Assembly: GCA_012026655.1 (NCBI GenBank)
Contig: JAAILG010001683.1
Coordinates: 1-63,085, forward strand
DNA from: Hydrolagus affinis
Taxonomy: Eukaryota
DNA: 63,085 nt
Direction: 5' to 3'
Positions 23,572 to 36,593 of this stretch are shown here, in pieces. The notes beneath the pieces were generated by a model. That model did not search any database. It was not told where the DNA came from and was given only the letters and a program-made list of their open reading frames with translations. A program made the translations under genes and the position numbers. Positions within the stretch are counted from its first letter, which is position 1. Each line of letters starts with the position of its first letter.

Positions 23572-26500
23572 CTGTGAACAACAACAACAACAATTACACT
23601 TGTATAGCGCCTTTCACGTCGGGAGGGCGTCCCAAGGCACTGGACAGTCACTGTTTCAGACCCGAGCTGGGGTGTCGGGGACGGGGAGTGTGGAGGGTTA
23701 AGTGAACAGAAACATCATGGGACAATTGTCAGCTGTTTCATTACTTTGGTTAAATAATCCACTTACAACAGGAAGGATATCTTATCCCTTGCCAAAGGGT
23801 TGTACAATCTAGATCCCAATTAACAATTAATATTGATTTGTCAATTACTGTCGATGGCCTTAATTCGCCCGAAACCTTTTCAAATATCGTTGTGGAGCTG
23901 AATGGTATTTGGAATCCGAGACAGCCATAGGTTAACTGAGAAGTACTGCACTACACAGAGATGTCTTATCGTGAGATTGTTTCTTGATCGGTAGTTCACT
24001 TTGCTGCTGCTTTCAGATTGGAAACCTGATCAAAAGCTAATGGTTTCCTTCCTTCTCCCTTTCGTTACAATTGCAAGGCAGAAACAGACTGCCGTGCAGT
24101 TAAATGAATCAGCTTGAAAAGTGCAACTGATTCATTCATAAAACTACTTGATAGTTTAGGAAGTTAGAGCGATCACTGCTCCTCGCTATGCAATGTAATA
24201 ATAATAAGAATCCTTAATTTGATATAGCGCTTTTCACGTCCGCTAGACGTCTCAAAGCGCTTGACAGAATATACTGTAAAGTGAATTGACTCTATATTTG
24301 TGGGTGAAACGCGGGAGCCAATTGCACACAGCAGTGTCCCACAAACAGTCGTGGATTGAAATGACCAATTTTATTATTGTTTTTTTGAGGGACAAGATTT
24401 TTAAAAACAAAAACGCATTATACACTGTATGTAATTGCTTGAATATTGCAGTGATAGTCTGATAGGAATTTCTGTTCTGTTCTCTGGATTGCCTCACCTG
24501 CTTCCATCTTGAAGGTGACCAAATTCTCCGGCTTGTAAACCAAGTTCTCGAATTGCTTGAGAGCGGAATAGAACGGGTGGACCTGCTCCACAGGTATATC
24601 GAAGACAGAGTCCCGAATGGCATCACTATAATTAATCCGAACAACATTTCCTTTGTGATCCAACCTGTGCAAAAACGATAAAGTATACATTTATTTCATA
24701 TAGATACAGTCTAGAAACAGCTCCTTTTTTTTATTTTAAGGTTACAGTAAAGTCCACTGTTTGGTCTAGTCTTCAAACAGTTTTGCAGAATAAAATTGCC
24801 TTTTGGAAAGCAGTAACTTTGGTTACAGAGCATCTGGTAATGTCCTCGTATGGCCTTAAAAGCTTAAAGGATATGAATGGGCAGCTTTCGGGACTGAAGG
24901 AGACTCTTTCTGATTGTGTGGTTTAATCTGACATTGCGGATCAGGGACTGGCCAAACTACTGAGTACTGAGGCTAGGTTTGTATATCATAGACAAATCGA
25001 CGTTCTTTTTTGTGGTGTGTTTTTCTGTGTGCTGAGGTGTAGCTGGAGGTGGAATGTTTCCCCCTCTCCATTTTAATGCTGACTCCAGTGAAGAACAGCA
25101 CAGGGCAAACATTCAGCGAAGCTTCCTCTATTTACCTCGGCAATTGACTTTAAACCCTAAATGTTTAAACCCTTTAAACACTCTCTCTCTCTCTCTCCCT
25201 AACCACCTCCTTCCCATTGCAACCATGTAAATGTTCCATATAAAATCTGAAGCAAAAACACACATTTGTTGACCTAAAGAGGCAAACACTGCAGTCTTCA
25301 TGTGAAAAGGATAGCCGACAAAAGTCATCCCAATAAAAGCAAATCATTCAACTATTATGCCACCAGATGGCAGTAACACTGAATTTGTGAAGTTACTGGT
25401 ACCTTGATAGCCAGTAGATATTTATGCTGAATGGCTTTCAGGTACTTTTTAATACAGTATTTGTATTGAATAATTTAATAGATGCGATTGGAATAATTTC
25501 ATGAGATTTAATCCATAAATCAATGCAGTTAAGAGTATTTTATCTGAAGAAATGTGCATTTCGGGATATAGTCAGTTTTCTTACGATTTCATATATTAGG
25601 CCGTTCAAAATGTGACATTTTAATAGAGTAATGGGAGAGCAGCTGATCAGGGCTGTCCTTCCAACCTAACAATGTCAGTTATAGGCAGGTAAAAGGGCTG
25701 CTGAAACAGTCTGAAAGGATGCTAGTAACAGTAATAATAATACTCCTTAAATTTGATTTTGTGCCTTCATATCGCATTGCAAAAATGCTTTTAACGTTTC
25801 CTTTAAAAACGTGACCAAAAATACGAGTACATCTTCAGCAGAGGGTTCGCGTTTTGCAAGAGTATGTGCACGCGTGACTTTAAAGAATAATACGGAATCC
25901 AAACGCACTGTTGGGGAATGTTTGGAAAGAAAAGCGTGGAAGAGATCTCAGCTTGTCGGTCTGTGCCAAAGGGTCTAAAGATGGCCTTGGGGTATTGTAT
26001 TTCTACTGACTCTTGCATACACATGTGTGCAGTGATCTCCCAGCTTGGAGGAGGCTGAAATAAAGGGAATCTTTGTTCCTTCCAACAAACCCCTTCGTGG
26101 GAAGGGTTTTAAGCCCTGGTTTCCAGCACAGAGGCTGACACTGATTATTTACTTGACGCTTTAAGAAGGGAGCATTTATCTTGAGTTGAGTTTGTGAAAG
26201 GGGCCTCCTTTGTTTGGAACGGACCGGACAAGCGAGGGGGACTACCAAGGCTTGGTGCTCCCTGAGCCTTGGCATGTGTTCTGGGAGATTATTACAATGT
26301 AGTCATCAGCACCGATGGTCCTTTGGCCCAGACATTGTCCTCAGCCAGACGTAATTGTGCTCTATTACCATATGGACCTCGACTGGGAGAAAGGCCAAGA
26401 AAATGGGATTGGAAGACTTGAGTATCAGATAGCGTTGTTGATTGACGTGTGGACTCTGTGCTTTTAAACTGCTTTGCTAAGATAAACAGCAATTTCTTAG

Positions 26501-29500
26501 TGTATTTGGACGTTTAATGTTTACTCTGTAAGTATAAATGGCCACCTGCAAATAGACACTGTTATGTCATCTGTTTGTTCTGTACCTACTCTATGGTCTT
26601 GTTCTTGGACTGCACAGAGAAATCGCAGTGATCGACGCCGATATCTGTGAAGTCAACCAGCGTGGTGGTAAGGATTCGGAAAGCTTCGGGACTGTGTTGT
26701 TTGAGTTGACTGGCGATGTGGAATCCATCAGCGATTTTATTTTCACCTCCAACCTTCGCTTGTTTGATGCAGTGGAGAAACTGAAGCTGCAAACACAAGT
26801 TAAAGGTTCACCTTTAAATGAATTTTGATAAATATTGTCTTGAAATGAATCTGTCTCTTTCCGTTTTGTCTGTGAAAGATTCAGGTTTTATAGTAACACT
26901 CGAAACGCTTGTCGGAGGCTTGAACAATCTTCAAGGGTGGAACAGGCCGAATGGCTTATTGGAGAGGCTTATGGCAGTGCAATGTAAATTCTATTACACC
27001 TATTAAAGTGCTAGGAATCGCAGAGCAAAAATACATTATGTTTAGAGCATTCATTACATCAGTGCACGGAGGAGCACTGTGTTCAGTTGTCATCATTAGA
27101 CCGAGAAATATATCCAGACAGAGGAAAAGTATTCTGAGAAAGGCAACGAAAATGATTTTACAATTTTATTTGATTGAGCTATAAAGGGAGGTAATTTTTT
27201 TTATCCTCCAGCGGTTAGAGGATAAATTTGCTGAAATGAACTAAACCGATGAGGTAGTTGCACTTTAGGGTAGGATTGCCACAGCTGTTCAAATTGATGT
27301 AGTGCTGCCAAAGGCTGCAGTAAACACTAACCCAGCATTAAAATGGGAATTAGATCTGAATGTGTGTGGAAGCTTAAATGTCTGCAGGCGCTTGTAGGTG
27401 AGATTGAGTCATTGGTGCTTCGTACGTAAAAGTGTTTACAACAACAACAACTTGTGTTTACGAGGGGCAGGAGCGCTCAACAGTGGCGGACCCTGATCTC
27501 AAGCCTTTGGGTGGGAGAGGGGTAGGGGGGATGGAGGAGGTGACCCTAAGCACAGTCGCAGTGGAAAGCCTTCAGTCATGATGTAATAGGGGGTGGATGG
27601 GGACAATGTGGAGGGATTGGGGAAAATGCCCAAAGTTTTGGGGGAGCGGGGGTGGGGGGGAGCGGGGGGGGCAGTAGCTGAAGTTGCCCTTGTGTTCTTA
27701 ACAATTTTATAACATTTTATAAATAAACGCAAGTTACTTATCATCGGTACTCTCGGTTTCTCAGCTGAACATTCTAGTGGCAAATGAATCCATTTCTATT
27801 TCTCCAGTGAGGATTGTGCCGTCTCTGGCACTTAGGGCTATTTCAACTGGTATGTTGGTAATGATGTGTGGTGACTGTTCAATTGTCGGAATGCTATTTT
27901 TTTTTGCCTTTTTCAACGAAACGGCTTACCCCGAACAGCTTTTAAGTCTTAAAATGAAGACCTGTTTTCAATTATTGAAATTTCAAAATTTAACTACCTG
28001 AAATTGACACAGCAGTGCACTCGATATCATCTTCCGAGGATATTGACAGAGCAGGAAATCAAACTCCTCATCAATGAGATGTGGAGGAAGTAAAACCGCA
28101 GAAATAAACGAAGTCAGAACCAGTAGATTGCCAAAATGTCACAGCGAAGAAGGAAGCCATTTGGCCCATCTTTGAAAGAGCTGTCCGATCAGTTCCACTC
28201 CCCAACTCTTTTCCCATAGCCTTGCAAATTTTTGCTTTCAAGAAAGTTATTAGGGAATTAGTGTCCACCACCCTTTCAGACAAGGCAGTGCTTTCCAGAT
28301 AGTAACAACTCGCTACATCATTTTTTTTGGCTTATCAACTCCTCTCTTGTTCTTTTTTCAACTCTAATAATAATAATAATCCTTGCATTTGATATAGCGC
28401 TTTTCCCATCTTCTAGACGTCTTAAAGCGCTTCACAGAATATACTGTAAAGTGAGTTAACTGTATATTTGTGGGCGAAACACGGCAGCCAATTTGCGCAC
28501 AGCAGTGTATCACAAACAGCCGTGAATTGAAATGACCAATTTTTATTATTGTGTTTTTTTTGGAGGAATTATTATTGGACATCTTAGGAGAACCATGTAT
28601 TCCGAGATCTCTAAGGCAGGAATCTTCAGATGTTTTTCCTGTTGTTTGTGTTTCCGGGGAGTTGTTTTGTGGGATGGGCGATTCCAGCCATAATTCTTTG
28701 ACCATTTATAATCACCGTTTCTATCCAGTTCCAGCTCAGGGCAACTTCCACCACAAACGCAATGTTCACCATTTCAACTATAACCTGACCACTGCCAATT
28801 CTCTTAGTCAGCACATGCATCCTTCAAAGTCCATTCAATTGGCAAGAATCTCTTTGTCCTTATGTTCAGCAGAATGAAATGGGAGACCTATAATACACCT
28901 TGCATTTGATATAGTGCCTTATCATGTATTTGAGATGTCTCACTGTGCTTCACAGAATATACTGTCAAGTGGAATTGACTGTATATTTGGTAGGCGATGG
29001 AGTTTCACGCACAAAGCAGACATAAACTAGATTAACTTTGCACAACAACGAGATACAAGGCGCTTTAGCTGGATTGTTTTATAATCTATGTTTGATGGCT
29101 CACATTCTCTAGCAGTGACATGTCTAAACTTTCAATCCAAGAATAGAAGCCCATGTGTTCCTCTGTAAAACAGAACTATGCTAACCTGTAGTCTATGGCA
29201 TTAATCAATGGCACAGTCCCGTCAATCTGCCTTAGTCTCACTTTCTTCACTAGTCATTTTATTGCTCGTAAGAGACCAGCAACAACAACTGAAAGAAATA
29301 CCCCAATCTTGTGATATAGAAATAATGATTCAAAACTGCATGGTTCGAACTCAGACCTACCTCAAATCCCACTTGCAACTATAAACATTAATTTGCTCAA
29401 TTTATGGAATGTTACTGCTAAGGATTGCTTCTCGTAGATTCTCCTACATGTCACGGTTACTAAACAAGTATACTTTGTGCGTTCATTACTATTATTTCCC

Positions 29501-32500
29501 CAGTGTTCCAGTGAAATAATGGACTCCTTTTGGGGAGAAGGAAATCATATAATTCTTTCACAATGGGATAGTTTACATGTATATCTTGACTTTAATAATG
29601 GATAAACAGGACTATGGGAAAAAGCAGGTTTGAGCATTATACAGAGGGGGGAGGGGGAGGGGGTCATAGGAAGCAAAGCTTACAACCCTTTCAGAAAGTG
29701 CTTAGACCCTCATAAACACAATGGAAGTCTTAATCTATAGGTGTCACAGAGCCATAATCATAGCAAACATCTTCGATCAGTTTGAAGATCCAAACACTGG
29801 CATTATTCCATCACTTCCCAATTTGAATTATAATCCAAAAAGAGATTTTTTTTAAAAAAAAGAGTGGAAAGCATTTAAAGCCATGAAGTAAATACTTTCT
29901 TTTCATAGGGGAGCTGGCTGAACAAACTTACAATGTGTCTTTCATTAAAGCACAAAGAGGTTTTCCTGATGTTCCGCTGTGTGGAAACGCATTGTCCCAA
30001 CGTACGGCTGAATTTCCCATTCATCATTTCTGTGAATCTGAACCAAAGACAAGCGCTTGAGTAATAAACAGCTGTCAGTATTAATTCATTTTCTAGAAGA
30101 AATTCTAGTCCTCGCTGTTGGTATTATAAACCTTAGCGAGTGGTTGCAATTTGAAAAAGGTAGACATTATTGGAGAAAAAAAATAATATTTTGCTATTCA
30201 TCCATTGTAGACATCCAGTGCATACTGTCTACATAGTGCTGCCAGCCCAAACCTAAACATGTACCACACTATTCGGTACCACAGGTGAACTGAGAATGGA
30301 TGTTTTCATTCAATGGAAGACTGGAGTGCGATGTAGAACAAGGTTTGTATTAGCCGTTTATTTAGAGGTTAGACATCGAGGGGAGCTTGGTAATCTTAGG
30401 AATGCTTCTCCAGATGCACAAGGACAGTACACAGTGGCAGAGAGAAAAAAAAAGTTTGTCGGGAAACTAAAGTTTTTTGTATACTTTTACAAATGCAAAC
30501 AGATTTAAAATAAAAAAAAAACATTTTATAACCTGAGTTTCCCTGACTACCACAACTTGCTGCCAGGCTTCCTCCTTCAAATGGGAAATTGAGACAGTCT
30601 AGGCCACAGAATTCCTGATGGCATACGTCATTGGCACTGTACCGTCAAACAGCTGAAAGGTGAGAGTTCTGTTTAGCGTACAGTTCTTGTTGCCGCTTAC
30701 TCGTTCCATCAAGACCTACTTCAGTTGACGTGAGCTGGTCCAAAATCTTTCAAAATGACAGATCTATGACAGAGGAGCAGCCTAAGAGTATCCAACAGGG
30801 GTGGGTGTGTTTTCTCAGCTTGTGCAATGCATGGAATGATCTGCTACTGTGGAGCATTTGGCCTTTGAGGTTTCAGTAGAATTGAAATTTGGGCATTAAA
30901 TAAATCAAACTGTCAGTAAGGATGTGTGACTAGGAGTTTGTTTTTTCTCTCTCCCCAACTGTTTAGAGTAAAGCTATTGAGCAGGATTCCAACTTTAACC
31001 CTCTAATTCGGTGGATTTCACACCACTGGCGTTCGAAATGTTAGGCCATCGTCACGAATGACTGATTTAACCTGAAGCACTCTGAACAAACGGTCAGAAA
31101 ATAAAGCGTTCTTTTGAGGGAGATGGATTTTTTTTATTTTTTATTCTGCCCTGCTCTCCAAAGTATTATGCAGTTATTAGGCTTCGATGGAAGTAAGCTG
31201 TTACTTTATCGAGCATAATGCTGGGTGGAATCAAAATATTGAAGTAGTGGAAAGAGTTGCAATTTTAGTGAGTCTGTCTTTTTTTAAGCAAGCGACTAAC
31301 TGGTGGAATGTGTTTTTTTTAATTAAATCAATTTTTGTTGCACGATGTCTTTTAATCGAGAACAGCTTCCTTGTCATGTTGCATGACCGGTATACAGAAT
31401 TTATCACACACGAGTGAGAGGACAAGACACTGGGGCATTCCCATCCTGTGAGCCTACAGCTGTGCAATTACTCTCACCTTTCATAAGTGCTTGGTGTACC
31501 CTGGAACCTCTTCTTCGCTCTCCTTCTCTCTCTGTGATTGCACCTTGGTCCCAAACATATAGCAAACAACTGAGGGATATTTTGAAATCTCATCACCCAA
31601 GCCCTCTTGGCATGTTTGATGTATGGATGTCTGGTCTACAAATGGTCGAGGGTCAAACTAAATTGGTTTATGAGCTATTGAATTTAAAATGGAAGCTGGA
31701 GCCTCAGCCAACTGTCCTATTGGACTTGACAGCAATATTTTTTTTATGGATTTCCCCACCCCCATGTCCACGCTAAAGCTCTTTATTTCCCTTTGCAGAC
31801 TTCTGTTGACCTCCACTGACGTTGCTGTCAATTCCCTTTCCAGGGAATTCTTCTTTGTTTCTCTTTCATACAAAACTCTTTAGATACCAAACATTATCAG
31901 AGTTCATCCCCTTCTATTGATTATGCACCTGCGAGGCACCCGCAGTGAACGACTTGCCAGGTTTTGGTGCAGCAAGCTAACATATTTTAATGCGAAGACT
32001 TGGTTTTAGAAGGTGTACGACTCCTCCGCCCAAACATTAATCATCCAATGTTTTACATGCACCAGATGTTGCTGGGCCTTGCAATGGAAGATTTAATAAC
32101 AAGGGAAACAGATGTTGTGGAAAATCCTTTATCAAAGAAAATATCAAAATGATTAGCAATCTGATTCTTTCAGTCAGAGCCTTGCATTGTGCTTTCAAAA
32201 TGGTTGGTACATTTTTATTTCATTAAATAATTAATCTAATACTAAATACACTCTCGTGGGAGCATGTCTTATTACGGAAGAATAGAAGCTGATCACACAT
32301 ATGACTTCAAAATCTAATTCAAAGGGAATTGTGAGAAAATTTAATTTTCTGCACAGACCTAGATCATTTGGCCTGTTGTGTCTATAATCCTTTGATTTGA
32401 TATCGCACTTTTCACATCTTCTAGATGTCTCAAAGTGCTTCACAGAATATATTGTAAAGTGTATACTGACTGAATATTTGTGGGCCAAACGCGTCAGCCA

Positions 32501-35500
32501 ATTGCACATAGCAGTGTCTCACAATCTCACAGTCGTGAAATGACCAATTTATTATTGTTCGTTTGTCTTGAGGGATTATTATCATTATCAAAGTTTCGCT
32601 CTGCCTGGAATTGAACCCGGGTTTCTCACTTGTGAGGGGAGTCCTCTAACCACTGAGCTACACTAGGTCTCCACAGTGTTTTTGCCATTGTCATATGGTT
32701 TTCTAAATTGATTCTTTTTAAATCTTACTTTCCATCTCTCTTTCTGTATTGTTTTATAATTTTTCTGCTTTGGTGATGAGCCAGCTTCCTTTTGAACTGA
32801 AACTCACCCGCCCTCATGTAGTAGAATACCAATTTTTACAGCTTGTGTTGTGGAAACTCACATCTTTATGTAGCTGTTTGCTCTTGGACACCACACTGCT
32901 CCACAGTTCACCTGATAGGTTGCTGGAAGCACTACAAACTAATCGTAGAGGCGGCCAGGTGTTTCTACGCACCACTGTAGCATTCTCTATAAATCATACA
33001 AATGCTTCATATAATATTCAATGTTCCCCTGAAAAAAACAAACTCCTTGTCCGAGAGAATCGTTCCCTCTCGCCAGTTTGTAATAACTGTGAAAAAAAAA
33101 GTAGCGCAGAGGCTATTGAAACTTGCATAAAATGGTAAAATTGTACTGAGTGTAACTCATTGCAAATCAGTCGGTAGCCACCGGAATGAAGGTTTCCAAT
33201 TCCGACTATAGCATTATAATTATGGCCGTGTGCAACGATTGAATTGAATGCTTCTTGAGGAACACAGCGCTGCGAAGACACTTTCAGCAGTGGCAAAAAT
33301 AATCTTTCAAATGCGTGGATCTCTGAAACTTGTGGATAGCCGTGCAACACTGTACTCTATTGCTGTGGTTAAATTCGATTTGCATATTTTGAGGAACTGA
33401 GAAGCGAAGCAGGCCGATGGCCTTTGTTTGCTGAACCTGGAACAAATGTGATCAAAACCACAAACGCTTATAAAAGGGGCCCCTCGACTGTAATTAGAAA
33501 GTAAGGAATTCCAGTAAATTCTGTATCGTTAACAGTAAATTATGATAGACGTAAAGCCACTTGATACTATTTTTAGTGTAAACTAAGCTTTAAGGACGAC
33601 AGTAATTGTGATGACATCTCGGGACCAGATAAATCTCCCAAATATTTGGGAATGTCGACGCTTTGTCAACATTTGCTTGACTAACTTACTACAGTACTAG
33701 GTAAAGACAGACGTGTGGAGTAAGGAAAATTGCCCAACATTTTTCCCCTGCCGGGAATCGAACCCGGGCTCTCGCCTGCGAGGCAAGTGGTCTAACCACT
33801 GAGCTACAGAGATATAATATGCAGTATTAGTTCATATTGTATCTCTTTGGCTTCCCTTCCATGTATTTGTGCTATAGAATAGAAACACCCAGAATCCAGG
33901 GGCCCAGACAATGCAAACCTCCTAATGTGCTTTTTGGCTAAATCCCAAATAATGTATAAAATGGACTGTACTTGATTGAAATAAAAACAGGCTGGAAATC
34001 GACATCAGGTCAAACAGCATTTGAAAGAGAAATCTGGGCTAATGGTAAAGAATCGTGGCTGGAACACTTCCCCCACCTCCACCACCCCCACCTACCTTCC
34101 TCCTCCTCCTCCTCCTCCTCGCTGACTGACCTAATGAGAATTAAGAGCTTACTGGTTTAATTTCACACTTTAACAGTTTTTAACCTAAGAATGCACGACC
34201 AGATGGGATATTGTTTCAGCATTCTAAAACTTCAGGAATTGATCAAAAAAAGTAGAAGGCAAGTCTGTATATATTTTCTTTTTTTTAAAAAAGACTGGCG
34301 TGTGAACTTTGGAAGAACGCAAGCATTTACCTCAATTGGTTCCCCAGAGATCTGATGTGCCCCCAATGCACCATCAGCATTTAGATGAATACTTGACACT
34401 GGACCCCAGTGAAGATGAAAGTGTTTTTCCTTCTCACTCTTCCTCTCTCTTCCCCCTCTTTTCCCTCCCTAGACGACAGCAAGATTAATCACTGGACCAC
34501 ATGGTAACATGGATGTGATTCTCTTGGCCTGGTCCGACTGTCCGGAGATCAGATACATATTCCTCTCTCAGTGTTAGTTCATCACAAAGGAAAAGGCTTA
34601 ATTAGTGATGAGTAAAGTAACCTGCCTGTGTCGCAATGGCAACAAACCTTTGCCAGGGTACTGAAAGTACAATCCACCAGATTCTCTCTGCAAATAGGCT
34701 TTGAGTACAACTAGTCCTTGGTGAAATACAACCAGCTGGAATTGTGTCCAGGTGCCAGAAATTATTAATAATTTGGTATGCATGATTTGAGGAATAATGC
34801 AAGGGATTTCAAGCAGATAGGGTTCTATGCAAAGCAGAACTCAGTGTACTGAGATAAGTGAGTGACTCATACCTGGACCTTCTGTTTGAGAACCTCAACG
34901 TTCACTAAGGCAGTCTTTGCAAGGGATCACAAGGGAAGATATTTATGTATCAGTGACAATTCAAGACAACAACGAAATTAAGGGACCCAAATCAATACGT
35001 TGAGTTTCTACCATTAGAATTGTATTGTAAGAATGGCAAAATAAATTAGCTTTTAGAAAATATACATGCACTTAAAATTCTCGAATGTTTTCTTGTGTTC
35101 GGTGACGGGTACTATGGTTACTGCGAAACATTTTGGCTCATTAACTTGAACTTTCGTTAAGTATAGCGCAAGGACTTTTTCATCAGAAATGCCCATCCAG
35201 TTCCAAGATTTAGTCAACAGTTTGTAGATCATTTCCATTTCATGCAACTTGAAAGAAATTTACTCAAGTAAAATTTCCATCTGGATATAATCCTGTGTCC
35301 CCATCGGTGGAAGGCACCATTACATCACTCAATCGATTACAGTGAAATACCCCAACCTCTGATCCCTACAATACTTGCCTTGGTGTACAACATTCTGCTA
35401 TTCAGCAGTGAGAATACCAGTCTGTCCCTGTACTCCTGTAACAGCAACTGCTTTCGTCTCTCCTCCAACAGTGATTGGAAACATTCACAAGACTACTCAG

Positions 35501-36539
35501 CATCTCTCTCTCTCGTGTGTTGCAAATACGTGATTTTACTTTTTTTCCCCCTTTTTTAAACATTTGTGGGAACGGTAGACTGGACTAGTGGGGATCGAAC
35601 TCCCAGTTAAACAGACAAGCTGGCTAATGCTGTGTAAGCATTGACAGGCAAACGTTTTCACTGAAAATAAGAGCAGGCAGGCTTTGAACCTGACTGCCAT
35701 GTATCACACAGCCTGCCACAGGTTATTTTATATTTTTCTCATTAATAATTTTTACAAAGTAATTTCAAAGGAAAGATTTTAGGCAACAGCAAAAGTTCTT
35801 ACCCCCGGGGGATTGTGCAGTGATGGGTAATCTGTGTGCAGGCTCAGATTCCCAGATGTGTAGGCCAAATTGTTGGCATCAATCTTATCCTCCACTTGCC
35901 AGGTATACCTTAAATTTTTTTTCAAAAAAGCACATAAAATCAAGTTAGCCCACAATGTGTACTTGCTAAATTCACCCTGAGATTTGATGTGGCTCGATTG
36001 GGTCTAAAACGGAAAGACAACAACAACAGTTTGGACTATTTCTTGCCTTTAAACTATTTCCTTTTCTCTGTCGGTGCAATCATTTGTGTTTGTGCAATTT
36101 GCGAAGCACACGCATCATGTTAAAAATGTCAAGCAATGTTACACAAGTATTTTGGACATGTTTACGGCAATTGCATAGAAACGGGTCGGCAGTAAGAATT
36201 TACTCCTCAGCACTAACCTTCGGAAGAAACTACAATTGGGAATTGGTTTTTAATCTTCTTATTTTGGTAATTTTTCAAAATTGCTGCAGTAATTAAGGTT
36301 TCCTCTCGAGAGCTCTTTTCTACAATTTATATCTCTGAAATATTTGTGTATTCCGTGAGGCTTAATTTTTCAAAACTTTGCATTTTTCGTTTGTCTCTTT
36401 TAACGTTTTCATTTGGTTAGGATATTCATTCAGAGGACAACTAGCTGGCGGTATACAAGATTAGGTAGGGTCAAAGGATTCAGCGCCATGGGACGTCCTC
36501 TCGACGTGAAAGGCACTATATAAATTTTTGATTGGTTGG

Positions 36540-36593
<54 letters not shown>

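Noticed and set aside
27641-27671. G-quadruplex-capable G-runs (also 20342-20374)
   Set aside because: Poly-G tracts are common in this window and nothing indicates function.
33469-33506. Plus-strand TATAAAAG as promoter of a BBOX1 antisense RNA
   Set aside because: A single short motif expected by chance in 63 kb of AT-rich DNA; no other support.
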